DNA of 64,000 nt from Bacteroidota bacterium (GTDB taxonomy: Bacteria; Bacteroidota; Bacteroidia; UKL13-3), in NCBI GenBank assembly GCA_947464275.1, contig CANHVU010000014.1, positions 10,324 to 74,323 on the forward strand, read 5' to 3'. The translations under genes were made by a program, and so were the position numbers. Below the pieces are notes generated by a model. It made no database searches and was not told where the DNA came from. It saw only the letters and a program-made list of their open reading frames with translations. Positions 39,602-51,406 of the stretch are shown in pieces; position 1 is the stretch's first letter, and each line of letters starts with the position of its first letter.

Positions 39602-39693
39602 AATAGGCGATACTTTGGGGCAATAAAAAAACCGTAGAGTTTTTAACTGTCTACGGTTTTGTCTACGCTTTTCGTGAAGCCCTTATTTTACAG

Positions 39694-39836
39694 CTTTTGC
39701 CTGTGGTTGGTGTTCTCACCAACCTTTTTTACAGGCATTTAACTATGATTGTTTGGTAAAAACACCAATTATGGGCAATTTAAGGATACAAGGTGTTAGT
39801 TTTATGTTGCCCTGAAAAGCAAAAAACCTCACTATC
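39694..39836 (+). repeat. ~143-bp direct repeat, right copy
   Basis: REP, then a degenerate inverted REP (TTGGTAAAAACACCAATTATGGGCAA), ending AAACCTCACTATC. Confidence 0.92.
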
Positions 39837-39855
39837 ATACTGATAATGAGGTTTT
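39823..39855 (-). terminator. Terminator of the tRNA-Gly/tRNA-Leu transcript
   Basis: AAAACCTCACTATCA-tac-TGATAATGAGGTTTT immediately 3' of tRNA-Leu. Confidence 0.8.
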
Positions 39856-39859
39856 AACG

Positions 39860-39944
39860 TACCCGGGGCGGGACTTGAACCCGCACATCTTTAAAGGATA
39901 CAGGATTTTAAGTCCTGCGTGTCTACCAATTCCACCACCCGGGC
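39860..39944 (-). tRNA. tRNA-Leu(TAA)
   Basis: GCCCGGGTGGTGGAATTGGTAGAC...CAGGA-CTTAAAA-TCCTG...GGTTCAAGTCC; long variable arm; CCA not encoded. Confidence 0.97.
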
Positions 39945-39986
39945 GTACTAATTAAAATTTCTGGTAAAAGAAACAGTGATTAATAT

Positions 39987-40062
39987 TGGAGCGAAAGACG
40001 AGGTTCGAACTCGCGACCTCAACCTTGGCAAGGTTGCGCTCTACCAGCTGAGCTACTTTCGC
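39987..40062 (-). tRNA. tRNA-Gly(GCC)
   Basis: GCGAAAGTAGCTCAGCTGGTAGAGC...CAACC-TTGCCAA-GGTTG...GTTCGAAC...CTTTCGCTCCA. Confidence 0.98.
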
Positions 40063-40091
40063 ATTCGATATTTTGTATCGTTTTGGTGGTG

Positions 40092-40099
40092 CAAAAGTA
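40092..40099 (-). promoter_or_regulatory. -7 promoter box for the tRNA pair
   Basis: TACTTTTG on the minus strand about 30 nt upstream of tRNA-Gly. Confidence 0.65.
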
Positions 40100-40236
40100 T
40101 ACAAAGGATTTATACTTACAAGTGCTTTCTAATTTTTTTTATTCCTTTTTCCTAATTTAATCAAAATCAGCTAGGTAATTTTTTATTTATTTAACGATTT
40201 GTTTATTTCAACTAGCTAAAATTATTTTTTAAAGTG

Positions 40237-41004
40237 TTATTTTATTAAAAAACGGATAACTTTTTCATAAAACTCTTTTGGATTTTCAGCATGCAGCCAA
40301 TGTCCCGCCCCTGAAATAGTTTCAATTTGAGCATAAATAAAATGCTCTTGAATTTCTAGTTCATCACTTGGTTTAATATAGGTTGACAATTCCCCACGTA
40401 AAAACAAAGCTGGTTTTAAAAACACCCCATCATATTCTATTGGTTTAATAATTTCTTCGTAATCTCTATCTAAAACATTTAAATTAACTCTCCAATTATA
40501 GCCTCCATTTGCAGCGCTTGTTAAATTTTTAAGTAAAAATTGCCTTGTTCCAAAATCAGGAACCAAATGCATCATGATATCTTCAGCATCTTTACGTTTG
40601 GTAACTTTAGTAAAATCAACTGCATGCAGGGCTTCAATCACTGAATCGTGACCTCGTTTATACTGCCTTGGGGCAATATCGGCCACAATTAACCTTTCAA
40701 CTTTATCGGTATAATCAAAAGCAAACTGCATAGCTACCTTCCCTCCCATGCTATGGCCTAAAATATTAGCTGAAGCAATGTTTTGTTGCTCCATAAATTC
40801 GGCCAAATCGTTCACCATTAGCTTAATATTGTGGCTTTCGGTATGTGGCGATTTCCCATGATTACGCATATCAAGTGTGTAAACAGTAAAATCTTTCGAA
40901 AACTCAGTAGCCAATGTATGCCAATTATCCAACGAACCTAAAAAGCCATGAATAATTATAAGGGTTTCTAGACCTTCGCCATATTTTTTATAGTTTAAAT
41001 GCAC
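40237..41004 (-). CDS. YbfF-like esterase (alpha/beta hydrolase)
   Basis: HGFLGSLDNW, DMRNHGKS, GHSMGGK, AGHWLHAE; GTG start at 41004 preferred because the longer extension is octamer repeat. Confidence 0.9.
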   Translation of the reverse strand: MHLNYKKYGEGLETLIIIHGFLGSLDNWHTLATEFSKDFTVYTLDMRNHGKSPHTESHNIKLMVNDLAEFMEQQNIASANILGHSMGGKVAMQFAFDYTDKVERLIVADIAPRQYKRGHDSVIEALHAVDFTKVTKRKDAEDIMMHLVPDFGTRQFLLKNLTSAANGGYNWRVNLNVLDRDYEEIIKPIEYDGVFLKPALFLRGELSTYIKPSDELEIQEHFIYAQIETISGAGHWLHAENPKEFYEKVIRFLIK

Positions 41005-41177
41005 TTTTTTTGATTGAATTGCTTTATTGTTAAATTGTTGTATTGCTATATTTTTGTTAATAGAAATCGGGAATTGAGTTGTCAAATTGTTCTGCCAAAT
41101 ACTTATTGCAAATTATATATTTCTCAACTCACCTTTTACATTTATAAACTTGCCAATTGTCAATTGCTTATTGAAAT

Positions 41178-41879
41178 TTAGTTTCCCATTAGTTTTTCTT
41201 CTAGCATAGCCATTTCAGAAATGGTGCCTTTTTCGCATCTAATAATGCGTCCAGGATATTTGCTTATCAATCTATAATCGTGGGTTGCCATTAAAATTGC
41301 AGTTCCATTTTTAGCAATTTGGTGTAACAATTCCATAATTCCATTACTAGTTTCAGGGTCTAAATTTCCTGTAGGTTCATCTGCCAAAATAACGGCAGGT
41401 TTATTTAACAAAGCTCGGGCTATTACCAAACGTTGTTGTTCTCCACCACTTAACTCGAATGGCATTTTAAAACTTTTGGTATCAAGCCCAACCATTTCTA
41501 AAACTTCATTGATGCGGCTATCCATTTCAGCTTTGTTTTTCCAATCGGTAGCTTGTAGCACAAAATACAAATTTTCATAAACACTTCTATCGGTAAGTAA
41601 CTGGAAATCTTGAAATACAATTCCAATTTTTCTGCGCAAAAATGGAATTTGATTAGTTTTGAGTTGATGTAAGTTAAAATCAGCTACACGCCCATCGCCT
41701 TGTGTTAAGTTTAAATCAGCATACAAGGTTTTTAATAAGGTTGATTTTCCGCTACCTGTTTGACCTATTAAATATATAAATTCAGATTCGAAAATTTCAA
41801 GACTAACACCTGAAAGTACTAAAGTATTTTGCTGGAAAATACTTGCATTATTTAATTGAATTACCGATGATTTATTCAT
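41178..41879 (-). CDS. ftsE: Cell division ATP-binding protein FtsE
   Basis: GQTGSGKS, IPFLRRKIGIVFQDFQLL, LSGGEQQR, ADEPTGNLDP. Confidence 0.88.
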   Translation of the reverse strand: MNKSSVIQLNNASIFQQNTLVLSGVSLEIFESEFIYLIGQTGSGKSTLLKTLYADLNLTQGDGRVADFNLHQLKTNQIPFLRRKIGIVFQDFQLLTDRSVYENLYFVLQATDWKNKAEMDSRINEVLEMVGLDTKSFKMPFELSGGEQQRLVIARALLNKPAVILADEPTGNLDPETSNGIMELLHQIAKNGTAILMATHDYRLISKYPGRIIRCEKGTISEMAMLEEKLMGN

Positions 41880-41914
41880 TATTCTGTATTGTTCTTTTTT
41901 GTAAATTTATGTAA

Positions 41915-42118
41915 TTAAAATACAATTGGGGTTACTTGTCCAAAAGGTATTTGGTTCATTAATTCTTTAATTTGTTCAATTTTATCACCAAGTCCACATT
42001 TCTCCAATGCCTTTTCGGGCCTATCAGTGCGGGTGTAACAAATTAGAGTAAAGTTATCATCCCTTACTTGTAAATAATCTGGAATTTTTGCAACACCTTT
42101 AATTTTAACAATATACAT
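41915..42118 (-). CDS. Small conserved hypothetical protein
   Basis: 67 aa, MYIVKIKGVAKIPDYLQVRD; directly upstream of ftsE. Confidence 0.7.
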   Translation of the reverse strand: MYIVKIKGVAKIPDYLQVRDDNFTLICYTRTDRPEKALEKCGLGDKIEQIKELMNQIPFGQVTPIVF

Positions 42119-42184
42119 AAATAATTTAATTGAGTAATTTTAAACGAAAATAATTATAATTGCGGCACAAAACTAAAAAATAAT

Positions 42185-43912
42185 ATGAGAGATATGAGAC
42201 AAGTTATTTTAGCGGCCTCATGTGTTAGCTTAATTGCTGCATGTAGCGTAAAAAACAACTTTACTAAGAACAATTACACTGTTACTCCGAATCCATTAGA
42301 ATTAAAAGGCGACAGCGTTGAAATTACGATTAATGCTACCGTTCCGGCAAAATCAATCAATCCTAAAGCTGTAGTTACTTTTTCACCTTATTTAAAATGT
42401 GAAGATGGAACAATCATAAATTTAAAAAGCAAAACAATTAAAGGTACCAAGGCTAAAGTTGCTGCAGATGAAACGGTGGATACTAAAGTTGGTGGTAATG
42501 TTTCATATACTGATAAAATAGCATACGTTCCAAGTATGAAACGTGCATCGTTAATGCCTAAATATACAGCATTAAATGTTGACGTTCCTGTTGGAATTGG
42601 TGCATTAGCTGAAGGTACCATCGTTACTCCTTTATTGTTAAATAATTCTGATTTAACAATTTTTTCTAGCGATGATTACAAAGTAGAGTTAGTTAACAAA
42701 TCGGTAAATATTTACTTTCCTTTAGATGTAGATAAATTTAACCCGAACTTTAAAGCGGGTAAAAATTTAAGCAACAAAACTCAAATTGCTGAATTACGTA
42801 AATTATTAAAAGCTGACAAAAACTTTGTAGCTCGTGGTATAGCAATTAACGCTTATGCTTCGCCTGATGGAGAGTTAGATAGAAATACTAACTTATCAAA
42901 AGGTAGAGAAGAATCTACTTTTACATTCTTCAAAAAAGAATTGAAAAAATTAGGTTTTAGTGAAGTAAATGATGAAAACTTTACACGTGGTTACAGCAGC
43001 GCAGAAGATTGGATGGGCTTTGAAAAAGCTATTGTTGGAAGTGAGTTAAAAGATAAAAATGCACTTTTAGAAATTATAAGAAACAAAAGCATTAGTGATG
43101 AAGAAAGAGAAGGTTTAATTAAACGTAGTTTTCCTAAAGTTTGGGAAAATGCTAAGGCTAATATATTACCTACTTTACGCAGAGCAGAATTAGTAATTAA
43201 AGGTGCTAACCCAATGAAAACTGATGCTGAATTGATGACTTACTATGGTAAATACGATACATTAACAGCTAAAGAATTGTTTCATTTAGCAGTTATTACT
43301 ACTGATAATGCTAAAAAACAAGAAGTATTAAACGCATATAACGTTAAGAATTCAACTGATTGGAGAAGTTTTAATGATTTAGCTATTGCAAATATCCAAG
43401 ATAAAAACTTTGATGCTGCTAAACAAAATTTAGATAAAGCATTGGCCGTTAGTCCAGAAAATCCAACTGTATTGGCTAATTACGGTGTAGTTTATAAATT
43501 AACAGGTAACTATAAAGAAGCTATTAAATTTTACAACATGGCAGGAACCAAAGGTGCTGATGTTAGCTACAATTTAGGTTTATTAGCTGTTAAAAACGGA
43601 AATTACAGCGAAGCTGTTTCATCATTTAACAAAAGTGGAATCAAAGATTTTAACACTGCTTTAGCGCAATTATTAAACGGAAATTCTGCTGGTTGCAAAG
43701 CAATTATTGATGGCTTAAACCCTGATGAGTTAAAATGGAATCACTACTATTTAAGAGCTGTAGCTGCTGCTCGCTCAGGTAATGCTGACGATGTAGCTGC
43801 TAACTTAATTAAAGCTATTGGTGCTAACAGTGAAGTTCGTAACTTAGCTAAAAGTGATATGGAATTTGCTAAATTATTCAGCAATCCATTATTCCAAGGT
43901 GCCATAAGATAA
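42185..43912 (+). CDS. TPR-containing lipoprotein
   Basis: Lipobox IAAC; YTVTPNPLE, AYASPDG..RN..LS..R (OmpA-C-like), C-terminal TPRs. Confidence 0.8.
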   Translation: MRDMRQVILAASCVSLIAACSVKNNFTKNNYTVTPNPLELKGDSVEITINATVPAKSINPKAVVTFSPYLKCEDGTIINLKSKTIKGTKAKVAADETVDTKVGGNVSYTDKIAYVPSMKRASLMPKYTALNVDVPVGIGALAEGTIVTPLLLNNSDLTIFSSDDYKVELVNKSVNIYFPLDVDKFNPNFKAGKNLSNKTQIAELRKLLKADKNFVARGIAINAYASPDGELDRNTNLSKGREESTFTFFKKELKKLGFSEVNDENFTRGYSSAEDWMGFEKAIVGSELKDKNALLEIIRNKSISDEEREGLIKRSFPKVWENAKANILPTLRRAELVIKGANPMKTDAELMTYYGKYDTLTAKELFHLAVITTDNAKKQEVLNAYNVKNSTDWRSFNDLAIANIQDKNFDAAKQNLDKALAVSPENPTVLANYGVVYKLTGNYKEAIKFYNMAGTKGADVSYNLGLLAVKNGNYSEAVSSFNKSGIKDFNTALAQLLNGNSAGCKAIIDGLNPDELKWNHYYLRAVAAARSGNADDVAANLIKAIGANSEVRNLAKSDMEFAKLFSNPLFQGAIR

Positions 43913-43949
43913 TAATGTGTTTTAGCAAAATTTAACGCATACTTTTTTT

Positions 43950-43994
43950 AAAACACCCTCAAATAGTTTTTCACTATTTGAGGGTGTTTTTTTT
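43950..43994 (+). terminator. Intrinsic terminator
   Basis: AAAACACCCTCAAATAGT...ACTATTTGAGGGTGTTTTTTTT. Confidence 0.9.
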
Positions 43995-44074
43995 AATGAA
44001 AATGTATCAATGGTCAAAGCTATTTAAATTTGTTTTTGCCATGAACAAAAGCAAACTGAATTTTACCAATTCTT

Positions 44075-45013
44075 TTAGCTAATAGGGTCTAACCGCTCTC
44101 CCTCTATGTTAATTTGGCTGATTATTGTTGTAATTTTTTCAATAATATCTTGCTTTAAAACATCTAATAATTTTTTCTTTACAAAATGCTGATGTACCAC
44201 CAAACCTACAGTTCTATATGGAACAGGTGAAATAAAATTGCCTAAATGCATTTTTTCATTATCCGAAAAATCAATAGTAGCCAAATGAGGAAGTAAAGTA
44301 GTGGCTTTATTGGCTTTTACAAAACGCAGCAAGCTATCAATTGAACCAGCTTTGTATTCAAAATTTAACTTAGAGCCTAATTGGTTTTCATCGTAATCGC
44401 AAAGCTGTAACACTTGTGTACGCATACAATGACCCTCTTCCATTAAGCAAATATTTTTCATTTTAATATTTTTAAAAGTAATAGGCTCATTCATTTCATT
44501 TTCTGCATCAAAAAACAAAAAGGGTTCATCGTATAACTTTATTTCAATAATTTCTTTATCGTTTAATGGAACAGAAAGTATGCCAATATCCAACTCCCTA
44601 CTTTTTAGTTTTCTTACTATTTCGGAGGTAGTTTCTTCTCTTACCTTAATTTTCAAATTGGGGAATTTGGTGGCAAAATTTTGTAAAAACAATGGCAGTA
44701 AAAATGGCGCTATGGTAGGAATAACCGAAAGTGTTAAACTGCCCGTTACTTCACCTTTTACTTCGTTGGTTAATTCTTTTAATTGGTCAATATTATTTAC
44801 TATAATGGTTAATTGTTCCAAAATTATTTTGCCTTCATTGGTAAGTTGAACAGGCTTTTTTTTCCTATCAAAAATTTTAAAACCTATTTCATCCTCAAAC
44901 TTTGAAATCATGGTGCTTAACGTAGATTGTGTTATGCAACATTTTTCAGCAGCAATCTCAAAATGTTTGTGTTCGGCTACTGCTAAAATGTATTGAAACT
45001 GTTGTATGTTCAT
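44075..45013 (-). CDS. oxyR: Hydrogen-peroxide-inducible LysR regulator OxyR
   Basis: LysR HTH; EEGHCMRTQVLQLC contains both redox cysteines; divergent from katG. Confidence 0.9.
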   Translation of the reverse strand: MNIQQFQYILAVAEHKHFEIAAEKCCITQSTLSTMISKFEDEIGFKIFDRKKKPVQLTNEGKIILEQLTIIVNNIDQLKELTNEVKGEVTGSLTLSVIPTIAPFLLPLFLQNFATKFPNLKIKVREETTSEIVRKLKSRELDIGILSVPLNDKEIIEIKLYDEPFLFFDAENEMNEPITFKNIKMKNICLMEEGHCMRTQVLQLCDYDENQLGSKLNFEYKAGSIDSLLRFVKANKATTLLPHLATIDFSDNEKMHLGNFISPVPYRTVGLVVHQHFVKKKLLDVLKQDIIEKITTIISQINIEGERLDPIS

Positions 45014-45106
45014 CTATACTATGAATATTGTTATTGAAAATATCGTTTTTATCAAACAAATGTATAGGTTATGTTTGTATAATAAAAGAAAAAATAAACC
45101 AGATAG

Positions 45107-47386
<2,280 letters not shown>

Positions 47387-47400
47387 TTGGAATTAAAAAT

Positions 47401-47436
47401 AAAAAAAGCCTGAATTTAATAATTCAGGCTTATTTT
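47401..47436. terminator. Bidirectional terminator
   Basis: AAGCCTGAATT-taat-AATTCAGGCTT between katG and pdhB. Confidence 0.85.
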
Positions 47437-47456
47437 ATTTAGTATGATTTTCTTGA

Positions 47457-48434
47457 TTATTTATACATAACACTTTTAACAGCATCCATTACTTGTTTTA
47501 CACTTGGTAAAAATGCTTCAACAAAAGTTGGAGCGTAGCCAAGTGGAGTATCTGCGGTGTTTACTCTAATAATTGGTGCATCTAAATAATCGAAAGCACG
47601 TTTTTGAACCATATAAGTTATTTCTGTACTGATATTGGCTAACGGCCAAGCTTCTTCTAATATAACTAAGCGGTTAGTTTTTTTAACTGATTCAATAACC
47701 GTATCATAATCAATTGGGCGCACAGTGCGTAAATCAATTATTTCTACATTTACCCCTTCTTTCGCTAATTCTTCGGCAGCCGCATAAGCCACTTTAATAA
47801 TTTTACCAAACGAAACAATGGTAACATCAGTTCCTTCACGTTTTACAACCGCTTTTCCAATTGGAATTAAATATTCCTCCTCAGGTACTTCACCTTTGTC
47901 GCCATACATTTGCTCACTTTCCATAAAAATAACAGGATCGTTATCTCTTATGGCAGTTTTAAGTAAACCTTTTGCATCATATGGGTTTGAAGGAACTACC
48001 ACTTTTAAACCTGGGCAATTGGCATACCAGTTTTCAAAAGCTTGGCTATGTTGAGCTCCTAATTGGCCTGCACTTGCAGTTGGCCCTCTAAAAACCATAG
48101 GCATATTAAACTGACCACCACTCATTTGATACATTTTAGCAGCTGAATTAATTACTTGATCAATAGCAACTAGCGAAAAGTTGAAAGTCATAAATTCAAC
48201 AATTGGACGTAAACCATTCATTGCAGCACCAACAGCTATACCCGCAAAACCAAGTTCCGCTATTGGAGTATCTATGATACGTTTTTCGCCAAACTCATCA
48301 AGCATACCTTGACTAACTTTGTAAGCGCCATTGTATTCGGCCACTTCCTCGCCCATTAAAAATATATCTTTATCTCTGCGCATTTCTTCGTTCATTGCTT
48401 CGCGAAGCGCTTCTCTAAATTGAATTACTCTCAT
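47457..48434 (-). CDS. pdhB: Pyruvate dehydrogenase E1 beta subunit
   Basis: GEEVAEYNGAYKVS, DTPIAELGF, EFMTFNF, AQHSQ. Confidence 0.96.
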   Translation of the reverse strand: MRVIQFREALREAMNEEMRRDKDIFLMGEEVAEYNGAYKVSQGMLDEFGEKRIIDTPIAELGFAGIAVGAAMNGLRPIVEFMTFNFSLVAIDQVINSAAKMYQMSGGQFNMPMVFRGPTASAGQLGAQHSQAFENWYANCPGLKVVVPSNPYDAKGLLKTAIRDNDPVIFMESEQMYGDKGEVPEEEYLIPIGKAVVKREGTDVTIVSFGKIIKVAYAAAEELAKEGVNVEIIDLRTVRPIDYDTVIESVKKTNRLVILEEAWPLANISTEITYMVQKRAFDYLDAPIIRVNTADTPLGYAPTFVEAFLPSVKQVMDAVKSVMYK

Positions 48435-48686
48435 GTATGTTTTTTAAAAAGTGTTGCAAAAATAATCGGATTACAATGCTTTCAAATAGTTGTTTGAAAG
48501 TTTTTTGAAATAAGTACAAAATAATCCAATTCCAAACCTAAATCTCTGAAAAATAAACCAATTGTTTGGAGTTTATTCTCTTAAAAGTTGTAATCTTTAG
48601 TGCGCAAACTACTAAAAAATGTGCAAAAATTAAGAAAATAAATGAAAGCATGGATGTTTATTTGTAACATAATTTAATTATTAGTT

Positions 48687-49187
48687 GTGAGAAAAATATT
48701 TTCAGTTTTTGTGTTCATTTCGTTGGTTTTTGCATGTCAATCGCCTAAAGAAAAATTGTTAAATCAAATAACCGAATTAGAGAACAGCGATAGCGCTTTT
48801 AGTATTGGTCAAATTACCGATTTATATTGGTCTTACGCATCGTTTGTAGATAAATATCCTGACGATGACCATGCCCCTGAGTTTTTATTTAAGGCTGCAC
48901 AACGAAGTAATATTTTAAATAAAGCTAGTGAGGGAATTGGATTTTTTGAAAAATTAATTACTAATTATCCAAACTCAAAATTTTGTGAACAAGCATTGTT
49001 TTCAATAGCTTTTAGTTATGAAAATAATTTGAACGATTTTGTAAATGCACGAAAATTCTACGACCAATTTTTACAAAAATATCCTAATAGTGAATTGGCT
49101 GAAGATGCAAAGCTTTCAATTGAAAACTTAGGCAAATCAGATGAAGAGTTTTTAGAATCTATTAATAAAGACAGTGTAATTAATTAA
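48687..49187 (+). CDS. TPR lipoprotein (BamD/CpoB-like repeats)
   Basis: Lipobox VFAC; repeated (K/N)YP(D/N)S helical units; GTG start. Confidence 0.75.
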   Translation: MRKIFSVFVFISLVFACQSPKEKLLNQITELENSDSAFSIGQITDLYWSYASFVDKYPDDDHAPEFLFKAAQRSNILNKASEGIGFFEKLITNYPNSKFCEQALFSIAFSYENNLNDFVNARKFYDQFLQKYPNSELAEDAKLSIENLGKSDEEFLESINKDSVIN

Positions 49188-51145
49188 TTACCCCAACTTC
49201 TTAGAGAACGAATCAATATTAAAAAGTCTTTTTCTACCGAATAATCTTTGGCGTATAAAAAGTTTAATTTTTGAATGGTAATTGGATTATAGCTTTTGCC
49301 TGTAAGGTTATCAATTGGATTTAAAACTCCTTGACGTAAAATTGGCAATAGTTTAATATTATCGGCTTTGGCATAACCAACCCAAGTTTTTTCTCCTAAA
49401 AGTACCTGAACCCAATTTTTGAAAAACTGCGTTTTATTCTTAATTATTAAACTTACAAAGGGAATAAATGGTAGAATAAAAATGGCAAAAAACACATCAA
49501 ATAATCGTTTCTTTTGTTGCTCCCAAGCCTTGCTTAATGATAAGTTTAATTCTATAGTGTAAAAATCGCCAGGTGTGTTTTTATTGTTACTTCCAATTAT
49601 AAATAAACTTTCTTCGGGCACTATTTTAAACAGTAATTCTTGCTGTTTCATTCGGCCCATCCATTCTATAATTTGCGAAGCAGCTAAATCTTTTGAGCAA
49701 AAAATTATTTCTTCAATTTTCAGTACATCTACTATCTCGCTTAGTTGGTTTACATTACCTAAATATTGGTTATCGTTTACACTTTTATCATCAATAGAAA
49801 TAAAACCAAAATAGTCGGCTTTGGCTTTTGATTTTATCAATAAATCTTGCACACGGTTTACTTCATTGTAATTACCCACTATAGCAGTGCGTAAGCGGTT
49901 ACTAAAGCTAAAACTTAGCTTGCCATTTTTTAACCAAAACAATAAAAACCTATCGAAATAGGCCATAATAATGGTGCTTAAAGTTCCTAAAACTATTATG
50001 GCGCGACTAAAACGATATGAATCGTTTAAAAATGCATAAAAAACGGCTATTGCTAGAGAACCGGCCAAAACACCTTTGGTTACGCTTAAAAATGTTTTAC
50101 GTTTATTGTATGCTCCAGCTAAGTATAGGCCTGCCATCCAAAGTGCACCATATATACAACTATTGGCTAGAACTACATAATTGCTATAGGCCGAATCTGT
50201 ATCATATTTAAAAATAGAATAACCTTTACTTATAAAAAGCATACTTACCAAAATGAGTAAAAAATCAATTATGGGTAAATAAACAGCGTTTAAAAAACGC
50301 AAAATTATTGCTGCAGTAGCTCTTAAATAAATGGCAAAATTAATCAGTAAGCCAAACGTGCGAGCATGTTTTTGCGAATAATGTTTTTGTGCAAAAATTA
50401 TCATGGCACGATAGAACGTAAATACAAAGTTTACACTGGTTTTTTTAGTGCTTTCGCCTTTGTAGTGTATTATGGTAGTATCGTGAAAATAATAATTAAA
50501 ATAGCCCGCTTTGGTTACTCGGTAGCTTAAATCTATGTCTTCACCATACATAAAATAATCTTCATCAAGCATGCCAATTTTTTCGATAACTGTTTTGCGT
50601 AGCATCATAAATGCACCCGCTAAAACATCCACTTTATGCGTTTCGTTTTTATCTAAAAATCCAAGATGGTATTTGCCAAATCGTTTTGATTTTGGAAAAA
50701 GAGCCGCCAAGCCAAATATTTTATAAAAAGCTACATCAGGTGTTGGTAAGCCACGTTTGCTTTCAGGTAAAAACTTACCTGAACCATCAATCATTTTTAC
50801 ACCAACAGCACCAGCATCGGGCGTATGGTCCATGAACGAAACAACTTTGTTAAAGCAAGCTTCTTCAACTACAGTATCAGGGTTTAAAAGTAAAATGTAT
50901 TCGCCTTTGGCTATTTTTATAGCTTGGTTATTGGCCTTGCTAAAACCTACATTTTCTTTATTTTCAATTAAAATCACATCGTTGGCAAACTTGTGTTTTA
51001 CCATTTCGCAGCTACCATCTACCGAGTTGTTATCTACTACTATAATTTCTGCATTGATTCCATTACAAGCCTTTCTAACCGAATAAAGGGCTTGTTCTAA
51101 AAAATATTTTACGTTATAGTTTACTATTACAACAGAAAGTTTCAA
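49184..51145 (-). CDS. GT2 glycosyltransferase fused to membrane and sugar-transferase-like C-terminal region
   Basis: SVVIVNYN, VDNNSVDGS, LLNPD, FMYGEDIDL; TM block; KRLFDV...TWVGY. Confidence 0.88.
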   Translation of the reverse strand: MKLSVVIVNYNVKYFLEQALYSVRKACNGINAEIIVVDNNSVDGSCEMVKHKFANDVILIENKENVGFSKANNQAIKIAKGEYILLLNPDTVVEEACFNKVVSFMDHTPDAGAVGVKMIDGSGKFLPESKRGLPTPDVAFYKIFGLAALFPKSKRFGKYHLGFLDKNETHKVDVLAGAFMMLRKTVIEKIGMLDEDYFMYGEDIDLSYRVTKAGYFNYYFHDTTIIHYKGESTKKTSVNFVFTFYRAMIIFAQKHYSQKHARTFGLLINFAIYLRATAAIILRFLNAVYLPIIDFLLILVSMLFISKGYSIFKYDTDSAYSNYVVLANSCIYGALWMAGLYLAGAYNKRKTFLSVTKGVLAGSLAIAVFYAFLNDSYRFSRAIIVLGTLSTIIMAYFDRFLLFWLKNGKLSFSFSNRLRTAIVGNYNEVNRVQDLLIKSKAKADYFGFISIDDKSVNDNQYLGNVNQLSEIVDVLKIEEIIFCSKDLAASQIIEWMGRMKQQELLFKIVPEESLFIIGSNNKNTPGDFYTIELNLSLSKAWEQQKKRLFDVFFAIFILPFIPFVSLIIKNKTQFFKNWVQVLLGEKTWVGYAKADNIKLLPILRQGVLNPIDNLTGKSYNPITIQKLNFLYAKDYSVEKDFLILIRSLRSWGN

Positions 51146-51406
51146 ATGGGTAACGAATTAAAGTTAACAAATATATAGGTTTGAAGAATTGTTTTAGTTT
51201 TTTTTTGCCATTACAAATAAGTTTACAATTTTATGTTCAACGTTAAAACCTATAGTTTTAGTATTAAGTGATTGTTATTTTATTTATTATCAACGTTATA
51301 GTTGTTTTATGGAATAATTAAAGCCAAAATCCGCAAAAACGATTTTTTGTAAAAAATAAGTTTAAGAGGAATTAACAATTATAATTATTTTATTTGAAGC
51401 ATTATT

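Noticed and set aside
41915-42118. Enzyme assignment (e.g. aldolase) for the 67-aa ORF
   Set aside because: Too short for a TIM barrel and no catalytic motif is visible; left as hypothetical.
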